Shown piece after piece: positions 41,204 through 51,348 of a stretch of DNA of 64,000 nucleotides. The notes below the pieces were generated by a model. It was not told where the DNA came from and did not search any database. It saw nothing but the letters and a program-made list of their open reading frames with translations. Positions within the stretch are counted from its first letter, which is position 1. Every line of letters starts with the position of its first letter. Source of the DNA: an uncultured virus (IMG/VR IMGVR_UViG_3300029305_005254). Its lineage: Duplodnaviria; Heunggongvirae; Uroviricota; Caudoviricetes. The DNA is taken from IMG/VR virus record IMGVR_UViG_3300029305_005254, one strand, 5' to 3'. Made by a program: the position numbers and the translations under genes.

Positions 41204-41473
41204 CTAAGACCAAGTTTCTACTACTCTTAAAAACACCTGTTTCCCATCAGACTCTACAATCTCCATACACCAATTGTAAGTATCTCCTCTGTACTCTATG
41301 TGCTCTTCATACAAGAGATTTAGCATCTCTTCCTGTAGGGAAGAATCTTCCTTAAATAACCCCATTGGTATTAAAACACAATGAATCCAATTATCATAAT
41401 ACTTACTTAAATTTGGATATTTTTCAATTGACTTAGTAATTAAACTAGCATACTCTGTCTCCTTAAATACCAT
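41204..41473 (-). CDS. Hypothetical protein
   Basis: GAGGAGG RBS. Confidence 0.6.
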   Translation of the reverse strand: MVFKETEYASLITKSIEKYPNLSKYYDNWIHCVLIPMGLFKEDSSLQEEMLNLLYEEHIEYRGDTYNWCMEIVESDGKQVFLRVVETWS

Positions 41474-41479
41474 AATACA

Positions 41480-41728
41480 TTAATCCTCCTCTGAATCATA
41501 TTCCAAAGCATCCTCTAAAAGACCAAGTAAGTCAAAAGCCTCTGCATCATCTAAGGTTACACCCTTACCCATCTTTGTCATATCCTCGTTCCAAGGTCTG
41601 ATATCTAACTTTGGTTCGTTATTACCCCATTGAATTAAGGTTAAGTGCTTCTGCCACTTTCCATCTCCAAAAGCTCCAAAATCCTTTATGATTTTATATT
41701 CTAGACTATTATCATTAGTTCCTGCCAT
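41480..41728 (-). CDS. YdbC/PC4-like ssDNA-binding protein
   Basis: WQKHLTLIQW...KLDIRPW...KMGKGVTL. Confidence 0.85.
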   Translation of the reverse strand: MAGTNDNSLEYKIIKDFGAFGDGKWQKHLTLIQWGNNEPKLDIRPWNEDMTKMGKGVTLDDAEAFDLLGLLEDALEYDSEED

Positions 41729-41805
41729 AAAAAGTTCCTCCTAATAAATGTTTATACTCCTAGTATATACTAAATTATAACAAAATACAATATATTTGTA
41801 ATATT

Positions 41806-42327
41806 TTAATATTCTACTGTTACTACAACATCCTCTTTTTTAGGGGTAAATGATATACTGTAAAAAGATTTTATAAGGTTACCTTGAGAATCATATAAAC
41901 TAGATTCCATTTCATACTTTGTGCCTGGTCTTAAATTATTGTAAATTACAGTATCGCTTACACCACTATCTTCTATTTTTGAAGAGTCTATTTGTCTTTC
42001 TTTACTTAAAACCAATCCATCTTTCTGATATAAACTCATTTTTATAATATAATCTACATCTTCTGAAATAGCTATACTAGATGGCGAATCTGTTTTTACA
42101 GACACATTTATCTCTTCATACTTCTCTTCTGAACCTGGTATATCTATTTTATATACTAAAAATATTAAACCTAATAAAACTAAAACTGTTATTATAATAG
42201 TCAATAAAGCCTCTTTTAAACTCAACCCTCCATCCTTGTTATTTGAATCTCTAACTACCCTTAGAGAATTTTGATGAGCTACATTTGTTAAATCTCGAAT
42301 TATTCTATTATGATTGAAACTATTCAA
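41806..42327 (-). CDS. Membrane-anchored hypothetical protein (Fn3-like C-terminus)
   Basis: TM; NNLRPGTKY. Confidence 0.6.
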   Translation of the reverse strand: MNSFNHNRIIRDLTNVAHQNSLRVVRDSNNKDGGLSLKEALLTIIITVLVLLGLIFLVYKIDIPGSEEKYEEINVSVKTDSPSSIAISEDVDYIIKMSLYQKDGLVLSKERQIDSSKIEDSGVSDTVIYNNLRPGTKYEMESSLYDSQGNLIKSFYSISFTPKKEDVVVTVEY

Positions 42328-42613
42328 TTACTTTTTCCTCCTTTTCATTAATACCTTGTAAGTATTCTTCTATGGAATACTGGTGTGGCTTACTTCCCTC
42401 TAGAAACCTAAAGATATAGCTATGACCACTTACCCAACCTATCTTTTCAAATCGTACCTTAGTATCTGTTATAGATAAGACTTTTAATACCTCGCCTTCT
42501 TCTACAATTCCACTACTGCCATCTTCAAACTTTATACCAAAGTCGCATTCTGCTATATAACTATCACATATATGGTCTTTATTTATTTTTGGTTCGCTTT
42601 TAATTTTCTTCAA
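42320..42613 (-). CDS. Hypothetical protein
   Basis: GGGAG RBS, TTG start. Confidence 0.55.
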   Translation of the reverse strand: MKKIKSEPKINKDHICDSYIAECDFGIKFEDGSSGIVEEGEVLKVLSITDTKVRFEKIGWVSGHSYIFRFLEGSKPHQYSIEEYLQGINEKEEKVIE

Positions 42614-42634
42614 CTAAATCATCTCCCTGTTTAG

Positions 42635-42665
42635 AAAAAGAGGTGTAGATTTAAATCCACACCCC
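42635..42665 (-). terminator. Rho-independent terminator
   Basis: GGGGTGTGGAT/ATCTACACCTC stem followed by TTTTT. Confidence 0.7.
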
Positions 42666-42672
42666 AAGTTTC

Positions 42673-43305
42673 TTACCAATCGGTAGCAATATCAATATTT
42701 GTAGGATTCCACTCAACAAATCCACCTGTATCACATACAAGACCTGTACCAAGTGAAGTCTCTACAGTCGTTCCTCTTGGATGTAAAGATAAATCTGCTG
42801 CAACCATTACATAAGGTCCAAGCATTTTCACTCCATCTTCTCTTACCCAATAAGGGTAAGATTCCTCTGAGAACCCCATATCTCTCATAACAGATACAAT
42901 ATAATCCATAGGTAGATTATAATATGTTTCTGTATGACCTTCAAAGGTGTACACCCCACTATAAGCTGTTAGCAACTCTCCATTTTTTCTACGCTCTTCT
43001 AACTCTTTCTCTTTTCTGAGTTTCTCTTGAGCCTTTAAGTCTTCTATGTACCGAGCCTCTTCTTCTGCTTTCTGCTTATAATACTCCGAGTGCCAATCGA
43101 CTTCGTTTACTGCAATTACTTCCTCTGTTGACTTCTCATTCCCACTATCAGCAGAAACAGAATCTCCGACACTTAGCATAAACTCTGCTGGCGATGTAAA
43201 ATCATCGTTAACAATGTTTTCTGGAGTTATCTGCATACCTACATAAACTCCTAAAAACATAATACATGCTAAAGTAACTACATAAACTTTCTTCAATTTT
43301 CTCAT
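42673..43305 (-). CDS. Membrane-anchored 3D-domain (MltA-like lytic transglycosylase) protein
   Basis: VMVAAD..HPRGT..VCDTGG..IDI, the three-Asp motif. Confidence 0.7.
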   Translation of the reverse strand: MRKLKKVYVVTLACIMFLGVYVGMQITPENIVNDDFTSPAEFMLSVGDSVSADSGNEKSTEEVIAVNEVDWHSEYYKQKAEEEARYIEDLKAQEKLRKEKELEERRKNGELLTAYSGVYTFEGHTETYYNLPMDYIVSVMRDMGFSEESYPYWVREDGVKMLGPYVMVAADLSLHPRGTTVETSLGTGLVCDTGGFVEWNPTNIDIATDW

Positions 43306-43361
43306 TAGGTTAAAATCCTCCTATACAACCATTAAAATAATTAGGTACAACCTACAATAAG

Positions 43362-43390
43362 ATAATACCATATTCTGACATTAAAAACAA
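43362..43390 (-). promoter_or_regulatory. SigA-type promoter
   Basis: TTGTTT-17-(TGG)TATTAT. Confidence 0.6.
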
Positions 43391-43418
43391 TGTAGTTATA
43401 TAGAGGATTAACCCCCTC

Positions 43419-44408
43419 TTACATCTCCATACCCATAATATAATTAAAAGCTTTATCAGCCTGTGATACTATGTATATGAATTCCTTACCAAAATCTTTT
43501 ATTCTCTTCTTCCAAGCACTTACATAAGCAATATTATTCTGGTAAGACTTTGTTTCACTAGTTACAAAATTGTGTATACCACATTCTGCACAACAAAGAC
43601 TAGCTGTAATCTCTGCTATACATTCTTCTACTGCGTACACTTCACTATCTTTACCAGTCTTCCCCTCTACACCTTCGTGAGTTATACCTACTCTATTTAA
43701 TCTAAAACTAGCTCCTGTACTATGAGCAATTTCATGGAATGCTGTTGAAAACCACTCTTCCTCTGAACGAGTATAAGGATTTAATTGTATAGTATCTAAC
43801 ATTGGTACATAACAAGGTACTCCTGGATACTCTTTATTAACCTTTACACCTGAGAAGTCTATATAATTATCAAAAACCTCTTGAGGTTTAGATAAAGTTA
43901 TTTCTACTTCACCTGTTTCTATTCTACTAGGCAACATCTCACCTTTACTATTCTTGAAATGTTGTCTTTCAGCCACATTAGTATATCTTAATATTTTTCT
44001 TGTTTTATAAAAACTATCCCCAGTTCTATAATATGCCCAACCTTCGGCATACCCCAAATAACCGTCTTTGTTTATATCTTTGCCTTCATCAATCTTACTA
44101 ACAACCTCGTCAAAGGAACAATCTTTTTTATCTTCTTTGTAAAAGATAACTGGTATCCAAACTATACCTTTCTGGAACATATAGTCAGTTCCGTGAGTTT
44201 TGTTGTACTCTCTAATCTGGTTTTCAGTCATATACTCACCAAATTCAAGCATAAGTCTGTTTATACCCCTATAAGGGGTCTTAGTAAAATAGTTAAATGC
44301 ATTGTAACACTGATAAGGTCTCTGCCAAGGTAAAGACTCATTCTTTTCTACCTCTTTTAGAAACTTATCTACTATTATATCGGTTACTGTTCTCTTTTGT
44401 TCTGACAT
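43419..44408 (-). CDS. ardC: ArdC-like antirestriction ssDNA-binding protein with zincin-like domain
   Basis: LPWQRP, YRGINRL, FHEIAHSTG..RLNR, YAVEECIAE, YVSAW. Confidence 0.85.
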   Translation of the reverse strand: MSEQKRTVTDIIVDKFLKEVEKNESLPWQRPYQCYNAFNYFTKTPYRGINRLMLEFGEYMTENQIREYNKTHGTDYMFQKGIVWIPVIFYKEDKKDCSFDEVVSKIDEGKDINKDGYLGYAEGWAYYRTGDSFYKTRKILRYTNVAERQHFKNSKGEMLPSRIETGEVEITLSKPQEVFDNYIDFSGVKVNKEYPGVPCYVPMLDTIQLNPYTRSEEEWFSTAFHEIAHSTGASFRLNRVGITHEGVEGKTGKDSEVYAVEECIAEITASLCCAECGIHNFVTSETKSYQNNIAYVSAWKKRIKDFGKEFIYIVSQADKAFNYIMGMEM

Positions 44409-44419
44409 TGTTATACCTC

Positions 44420-44767
44420 CTACAAATCTTCTATTTTTATAACTTCATTCCTCAATCCGTCTAAGAGAGTTTGACCACCCAAATAAGTGTTATAAGAATA
44501 CTTATTTAAGGGTTTACTCATTTCACCTTTATACTCTGTTAAAGAAATTTCCAATGCACCTTTTTCATAAGTTATCATTAGTTCTATATTAGAGTATTTT
44601 ACCTCGTGATAAGAATTTTCACCTCTTATAACCTTTCTTATGTTGTTTAATAACTCTATAGATTCTCGCTCTGAAATATTTAAACTAAAATCCGTTTCTG
44701 TGACAACACCTTTTAAACTTTTAAAAGATAAGTTTAAACCATAAGATACTTTTAAAACCTTGTCCAT
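44420..44767 (-). CDS. Hypothetical protein
   Basis: GGAGG RBS. Confidence 0.65.
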   Translation of the reverse strand: MDKVLKVSYGLNLSFKSLKGVVTETDFSLNISERESIELLNNIRKVIRGENSYHEVKYSNIELMITYEKGALEISLTEYKGEMSKPLNKYSYNTYLGGQTLLDGLRNEVIKIEDL

Positions 44768-44776
44768 ATCATCCTC

Positions 44777-45718
44777 CTAAGCTTTCTTCCTATCACTAAT
44801 ATAAACTCCTGTAGATAATATCCTCTTGGTAGCTGCTGGATGTCGTAATTTTCTTATTGCCTTGTTTTCCAACTGTCTAACTCTTTCACGAGTTAAACCC
44901 ATCTTTTTACCTACACATTCAAGAGTCTCTCCGTGATAAAATCTTCGTATAATAACAAAACGCTCTTTTTCAGTTAATGTTCTTTCTATTTCATTTCTTA
45001 AACCTCTATAAATACATAACTCTATAACTTCACTCTCAACATTGTTATCCGATGATATAATATCCTCTAACTCCATTGAAGAATCGTCATCTTCATTTAT
45101 AGCTCTATTAAGAGATACTGGAGAGTATGTAGACATATAACAGTTTCTTGTATAAGATTCCAATCCAATCTCTTTACACTTAGCATCTACTTCCTCATCA
45201 GTAGGCTTGCACATATTCTCCCTCTCGTACTCACTTACCCACCTATTTAACTTCTTTATACTCTCATTTACATGTACTGGTATCCTAATTAAACCTGAAT
45301 TATCTATAGCTCGTCTAATAGCTTGCCTTACCCAAAAATAGGCATAAGTAGAGAACTTTACACCTTTATCTAAAGAAAAAGACTCTGTTGCTCTTATTAA
45401 CCCTATTGAACCTTCTTGTATAAGGTCTTCAAAATCTAAACCATAATTTACATACTTCTTAGCAATATACACAACTAAACGAAGATTTTTCTCTATTAAC
45501 TCATTTCTAGCAGACTCATCTCCATTCTGTAACCTTTCTACAACAAGCTTCTCCTCTTCAATTGATAATAAAGGGTGACTCTGTAGTTCTCTATAATATT
45601 GATTTAAAGAACTAATAAACTCTACATCCTCAATACCCTTCATTTCTTCCTCTATTTCTAATTCATCTATACTTTCTGATTCTTCCGATGTAATAATACT
45701 CTCTTTTAATACATCCAT
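44777..45718 (-). CDS. RpoD/SigA-like sigma-70 factor
   Basis: [53 protein letters not shown]. Confidence 0.92.
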   Translation of the reverse strand: MDVLKESIITSEESESIDELEIEEEMKGIEDVEFISSLNQYYRELQSHPLLSIEEEKLVVERLQNGDESARNELIEKNLRLVVYIAKKYVNYGLDFEDLIQEGSIGLIRATESFSLDKGVKFSTYAYFWVRQAIRRAIDNSGLIRIPVHVNESIKKLNRWVSEYERENMCKPTDEEVDAKCKEIGLESYTRNCYMSTYSPVSLNRAINEDDDSSMELEDIISSDNNVESEVIELCIYRGLRNEIERTLTEKERFVIIRRFYHGETLECVGKKMGLTRERVRQLENKAIRKLRHPAATKRILSTGVYISDRKKA

Positions 45719-45913
45719 AATGTTCCTCCTGCTACATTCTCATAAACAACTTGTACTAATTAATATTATAACACATATTAAATGATAATAAAACTCTCCT
45801 CTCAATAATTAACTTATATAAATCCATTTAACATTATCTCACTCCAAGCCTAACTCACACCTTATAAAATATACAAAAAATGAAAATTATTTAAAGATAT
45901 TCTCTAGTAAATT

Positions 45914-45953
45914 AAAAGGAAACCGTGAAAGCTCTCTACTTACACGATTTCCT
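45914..45953 (-). terminator. Rho-independent terminator
   Basis: AGGAAATCGTG/CACGGTTTCCT stem followed by TTT. Confidence 0.65.
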
Positions 45954-45995
45954 AATTAGTCAAAATAGCACAATTATCTTAATTTTAATTGAAAA

Positions 45996-48900
45996 CTACT
46001 CGTCAGTTGAGCCTGAACCTGACGAAGAATATATTTCTCCAAGCTCTGCTGATAACTGCTCATTTAATTCCAATCTTTTTCTTCTTCTTACTAATACTAC
46101 TAATGTTATAATAAAGATAAATACTAATGTAGCTGCCACTAATAAAGCTTTAAACCAAAACTGGTTAGTTAAATAAAGCCAAGTATCTGCTGTTACAAGA
46201 ATACCCTTGATTTCCTTTGAAGATTCATTTCCTGCAAAGTCTGTTACTACAACCAATAAATCTCTTTTATTAGAATCTTCTGGTATCTCTACCGAGTAAA
46301 TACCATTATCATAAGATGTAGATAATACATCCCCATCTAAAAATACCTTAATATCCTTAACACCTGTAGTATCCCTTATATCAATAGTTACTATCTTTGA
46401 GTATTCATTATACTTACCGTTATCTTTTACACCTGATATTATTACTTCAGGTGCTACAGTATCTAGTACAAAAGCATACTCTTCTGTAATACTACTATAC
46501 TCCGTGCCATCGCTAGATGTACTATATATCTGTACTAAATACTTACCATCTACACTAAATACACTAGCATCTATGGAGTATTGATATACATATTTACCAT
46601 CCTCAGAACTAAGTTCTTTTATACTAATAGCACTCTTAGGAACTTCTATCTCACTACCATTAAGATATATAACAACCTTAGATTTACTTGTATCTATTTT
46701 ATCTACATTGTACTCCTTTAATGATATAGACTCAGCACCATTTAAGTAATTACCTAATACATCTGAAGTCATAAACTCATAAGAACTACCATTTCTATTT
46801 ATTGAAAAAGTTATTGATTTTTCAACATAATTACCTGCCTTGTCATATACTTTAATATCTAGAGTGTATATATCATCGTACTCTTCCTCATAAGGAAACT
46901 CTTCTATTGAAAGAGTTCCTCCTTTAGATGATAGTACCCCATCTAAAGAAATATCTCCTCTTCTTTTACCTGATAAAGTAATCGAAGTTTTATATGTGTC
47001 TATAGCATCATCACCTATTACCACATTTAAAAAAGCATCTTTCTTGTAAGAAACACCATCTTCTACTCCTATTATTTCAACTGTTGGTAAAGATAAATCT
47101 ACTATAAAACTACCACTACTATAATTGTTTAAAGCATTTCCTGCATTATCTGTTCCACTTATACTTAATTCATACTCGCCATCTGAATCGAAAGATACTG
47201 TAGTTGTATGTGTATCCCCATTAGATGTCCAACCACTAATAGTACCTCCTGAAACTATAATATTATTAGAATTAAAGTTATGTTCGGTAACTGTTATTGT
47301 AGCAATTCTACTACTTGAATAATAGTTACCATTTGCTGGAGAGTCATTATTCCAAGTTACAGAAACATTTGGACTAGTCTTATCTATTGTAAAAGAAGGG
47401 CTTGAATAAGTATTACTTGTATTATTAGCATAATCTTTACAACTTAAAGAAAAACTATAATCAGCATCATTTGTAAAAGATATAGAGTTTGACCATACAT
47501 CTCCATCTTTAACCCAAGCACCTAAAGAACCACTATTACCAGTTATAGAGAAACTGTTAGGGTTAAAGTTACTATCTGTTACTTTTACATTCGCAACCTT
47601 ACTTCCATTATAAAATCCATCATTAGATACTTGAGTATCATAACTTACAGATATAATAGGACTAGTCTCATCTATGCTAAACTTCTTAGATACTACAGAA
47701 GAATAACCTGCTCTATCTGTAACCTTTACCCATAGAGATATATTGTTGCAATTTTCTGATATACTTATAACCTTATCTAAACTAATGACAATATTCTTAT
47801 CTTTACCTGTTACAGAACCCGTATCACCAGTAATATTACCCATATTGTCAATATTTACTACTCCTTTTGATGTTTCTCCAATTCCCCACTCTATCTTCCT
47901 TACTCCACTAAATGAACTATCTATTATAGCCTCTGCTGAAAAACCTGAGTTATATAGAGGTAACCCATTAGAGTCAGTGTAGATAGTAGATGGTAGATTC
48001 AAAGATATTCCTATACTACTTGATTCTTCTGTTATAATTCCATCTGGGTTTACCACTCCACTATCGTTTCCTACATTATCTACTACAGATAAAGCTATGT
48101 AACCCTTAAAGTTAGTTGGTATTGTAAAACTAATAAAGCCTGAAGATGCATCTAAAACCTTGTTTATAACATCACCTTCATAAGGTGTTAGTGTGACATT
48201 TACACAATCTATACCACTTGAAACCTCTCCATCTGATACATTTACATTACAGACTACATCACCTTTAAAGTAAAAACCATAGTCTCCATTTGAATTTTTA
48301 TATTTACCTTCGAGATAGCCATCACCTGAGAAAGAAATTTCTTTAACTTCGGGTGCCTCTCTATCTATGAAAATGACATCTGACCAAGTAGATAAATTAC
48401 CTGCGTTATCTATTGCCTGTATTAATACAGAATACATACCGTTATCTTCTGGTTGTATATTTTCTGTACTCCCTGATATAGTAGTATCTGTAACAAAGTC
48501 TCCGTTAGAATAGTATTCAGAAACCAATTTATTATTTATCAATAAACTTACTTTGTATAACCCATCAACATCAGAGATATCTCCACTATAGGATATATCA
48601 TCTCCAAACCAAGAATTTACATCTCCGCTAGGTCTATTACAAATTATACTAGGTGGTAATGTATCAATAACAACCTTATTTGTATCTTCAATTAATAAAT
48701 CTTCTAAAGTAATTAAACCTGAAGAATTACCCATAAAATCTATTACCTCAAATGAATACTCCCCTGTTGATAAATTAAACTCACCATTAGAGTTACTCTC
48801 CTTGTATTCCCCATTTAAATACATTTTATACTCTTTTATACCTGAACCATTATCTGAAGCTGCTATAGCTACCTTTGGAGATGTGCTAAAATAAAGTTTA

Positions 48901-50894
48901 CCCTCTACCTTGTTATATACCTCATCACCTAAATCAATATCTGATATAGTAGGATTAATACTATCTAGATTATAGGTAAATGTGTCCGTTACACAAGTAT
49001 TTACAACATCTGTTACAGATACACTAATAGTGACCTCACCTTGAATATTTGGCATCTGTAATGAGTATGTATTACCATCAACACTAAAATTAGTATCTAC
49101 ACCATTTACAGATACTTTAATGCTAGTAATATTAGAATCATTTATATTATACTTTAATAATTCTTCACTTGAATACCATAACTTATCTTCTAATAAAACA
49201 CCTTTATCGAAACCTGCTACCCTTACTATTGTAGGGGAATCTGAATCTATTTTTATACTACTTAAAGTTGAATCTCCCCAAAGTTGACCAATATTAACCT
49301 CAGTTACTCTTCCTGCGTTATCTGTTACCTTTACAGTATAATCTCCATCTGAGTTTACTGTATAAGGCACAACACCACTTAATACACCATCTTTGTAAAT
49401 TTCTATAGATTGTACACCTGATGCATCTGAAATAGAATAATCACTGCCAACAACCATACTATTGTTTACATAAGCAACCCCATCTACTGTTATAGGTGAA
49501 TTACTTAAAGATATAGACTCTATTATAGGATTATAAGCATCAATCTTTAAAGTAAAGCTGGTTGATTTTACATTCCCTAATAAATCCGTTGAGCTTATTT
49601 TTACTAAATAGTTACCATTACTGGATTCTCCATTATTTACTATAAAATCAAACACATCATAAGAGTCTGATATTGCTTCTGTATTAACTGTTTCAGTTTT
49701 TACTTCTATATCATTTATACTAATACTATAGGTGGAAATCCCTAAAGAGTCTTGGATATCCAATTCTACCAAAGCATCTTCTAATAGCCAAGTATCTTTT
49801 ATGTTGTTATAATCATCACCATTTACTGTAAAAGATACTGTTGGAGCAGAACCATCAACTACTATCTCTGACTTTATTTCTGGTATTAAAGAATTTAAGC
49901 TATAAGTGTTAGATACATCATTGTAGTCTGTGACAACCAAAGAATAAGTACCACTCAAATTTATTTTTGCTACATTCGAATTAAACTCTATGTTAGAAGA
50001 ACCCTCATCATTGGTGCAAACCAAATAAGCACTCTTTATTGCAGGATTATCTAGACCTGAAATAAAAACATCTAAACCACCATCACCTATATAAGATTTT
50101 TCCCCTTTAGTTACTACTACACTCGTATCAGCTGATAAAGATACTTCTGGAAAAGAATGATTTTTTACAAAAGTATAGTCTCTACTGGATACTAAACCTA
50201 AAGAGTCTTCAGCAGACACATTTACAGTATGTAAAGTATCTGTTAAATTACTTATATCTAGATAAAGACCATTGTTGTAATAAACACTACAACTTCCATT
50301 AGAAGAATCTAAAACCTGAGCAGAACAACTAACTATCTCAGTGTCTTCCTCTACAGGTAATTCAATTATATTACCATTTGAAGAAGAAACAATTGGAATA
50401 CCATTAATTACATCTGCAGATGGGATAGATATATCTTTTAAGTCTGGTCCATTATCATCTAACTCCACAGAATATACATTTAAAAAAGCACTTATACAAT
50501 CAACCAATCTACAAGTACAAGTACCTGAATTACTATTATCATCAAACTCTACATTAAAAAGAGTACCCTCTGATAGACTTAATAAGTTAGATATAGTATA
50601 AAAACCACTACCATCATTAAAAATTTTTTCTGTCTGACCCCCTGATAATATCTCTACATAAGAAACTGTATCCACATCTGTGTCTGGAATATACAACTGT
50701 ACACTAGTGTTGTTTGATACATACATAGTAGTTCCACTTATGTAATACCCTCCTGATATTGTTCCATAGGATACCCCTTGTTCTTCTGCTTTTACAGAAT
50801 ACTCGGGTTGCCCTATAAAAGGTGTTACTGTATTTAGTATTAGCATAAATACCAATGCTAATGCTAAAACTTTCCTCAATTTGAAATTTTTCAT
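45996..50894 (-). CDS. Large surface protein with many Ig-like (Big) repeats and a C-terminal TM anchor
   Basis: Signal peptide; repeated D..P.I / V.D.AGN motifs; TM followed by RRRKR. Confidence 0.85.
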   Translation of the reverse strand: MKNFKLRKVLALALVFMLILNTVTPFIGQPEYSVKAEEQGVSYGTISGGYYISGTTMYVSNNTSVQLYIPDTDVDTVSYVEILSGGQTEKIFNDGSGFYTISNLLSLSEGTLFNVEFDDNSNSGTCTCRLVDCISAFLNVYSVELDDNGPDLKDISIPSADVINGIPIVSSSNGNIIELPVEEDTEIVSCSAQVLDSSNGSCSVYYNNGLYLDISNLTDTLHTVNVSAEDSLGLVSSRDYTFVKNHSFPEVSLSADTSVVVTKGEKSYIGDGGLDVFISGLDNPAIKSAYLVCTNDEGSSNIEFNSNVAKINLSGTYSLVVTDYNDVSNTYSLNSLIPEIKSEIVVDGSAPTVSFTVNGDDYNNIKDTWLLEDALVELDIQDSLGISTYSISINDIEVKTETVNTEAISDSYDVFDFIVNNGESSNGNYLVKISSTDLLGNVKSTSFTLKIDAYNPIIESISLSNSPITVDGVAYVNNSMVVGSDYSISDASGVQSIEIYKDGVLSGVVPYTVNSDGDYTVKVTDNAGRVTEVNIGQLWGDSTLSSIKIDSDSPTIVRVAGFDKGVLLEDKLWYSSEELLKYNINDSNITSIKVSVNGVDTNFSVDGNTYSLQMPNIQGEVTISVSVTDVVNTCVTDTFTYNLDSINPTISDIDLGDEVYNKVEGKLYFSTSPKVAIAASDNGSGIKEYKMYLNGEYKESNSNGEFNLSTGEYSFEVIDFMGNSSGLITLEDLLIEDTNKVVIDTLPPSIICNRPSGDVNSWFGDDISYSGDISDVDGLYKVSLLINNKLVSEYYSNGDFVTDTTISGSTENIQPEDNGMYSVLIQAIDNAGNLSTWSDVIFIDREAPEVKEISFSGDGYLEGKYKNSNGDYGFYFKGDVVCNVNVSDGEVSSGIDCVNVTLTPYEGDVINKVLDASSGFISFTIPTNFKGYIALSVVDNVGNDSGVVNPDGIITEESSSIGISLNLPSTIYTDSNGLPLYNSGFSAEAIIDSSFSGVRKIEWGIGETSKGVVNIDNMGNITGDTGSVTGKDKNIVISLDKVISISENCNNISLWVKVTDRAGYSSVVSKKFSIDETSPIISVSYDTQVSNDGFYNGSKVANVKVTDSNFNPNSFSITGNSGSLGAWVKDGDVWSNSISFTNDADYSFSLSCKDYANNTSNTYSSPSFTIDKTSPNVSVTWNNDSPANGNYYSSSRIATITVTEHNFNSNNIIVSGGTISGWTSNGDTHTTTVSFDSDGEYELSISGTDNAGNALNNYSSGSFIVDLSLPTVEIIGVEDGVSYKKDAFLNVVIGDDAIDTYKTSITLSGKRRGDISLDGVLSSKGGTLSIEEFPYEEEYDDIYTLDIKVYDKAGNYVEKSITFSINRNGSSYEFMTSDVLGNYLNGAESISLKEYNVDKIDTSKSKVVIYLNGSEIEVPKSAISIKELSSEDGKYVYQYSIDASVFSVDGKYLVQIYSTSSDGTEYSSITEEYAFVLDTVAPEVIISGVKDNGKYNEYSKIVTIDIRDTTGVKDIKVFLDGDVLSTSYDNGIYSVEIPEDSNKRDLLVVVTDFAGNESSKEIKGILVTADTWLYLTNQFWFKALLVAATLVFIFIITLVVLVRRRKRLELNEQLSAELGEIYSSSGSGSTDE

Positions 50895-50910
50895 TGATCT
50901 TCCTCCTTAT

Positions 50911-51348
50911 TTATATATTTATATTTAAAGATGTTTGTTCCTTAATCAAAATTACACTATGTCTAACTTCTTGATTAGGTACATCTTTTGAGTATAAGAT
51001 AGTTGTTGAATCATCTTCTTGCATAAGAGCTGTACTATCTGATTCAACCTGCATAAAACCTGTAGAGTCGTTATTTAATATGTAAGTATTATCTTTTTGT
51101 ACCTCCTCTTTAATTTCAAACTCCTTTATAGGTAATTCTATAATAGAACCTGAATCTGAATCTATAAACAGGTTATTTGTTGTATTCGACTTGGATAAAC
51201 CTCTTAAATACTTTATCTGCTTTTCAGCATTTTTACCATTAACTTCTCCAATAAGATAAGGTACTCTGAATATTATCATTAAAATAATACCTATGAATAT
51301 TGAAACTATTCCTGATATTAATAATACCAACCATAATGTCTTTAACAT
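50911..51348 (-). CDS. Membrane protein with a Thr-repeat cytoplasmic tail
   Basis: N-terminal TM; DSTGFM, DSTALM, DSTTIL. Confidence 0.65.
   Translation of the reverse strand: MLKTLWLVLLISGIVSIFIGIILMIIFRVPYLIGEVNGKNAEKQIKYLRGLSKSNTTNNLFIDSDSGSIIELPIKEFEIKEEVQKDNTYILNNDSTGFMQVESDSTALMQEDDSTTILYSKDVPNQEVRHSVILIKEQTSLNINI

Noticed and set aside
45795..45830. Tiny ORF MLNGFI after GGAG upstream of the sigma gene
   Set aside because: Six codons, indistinguishable from chance
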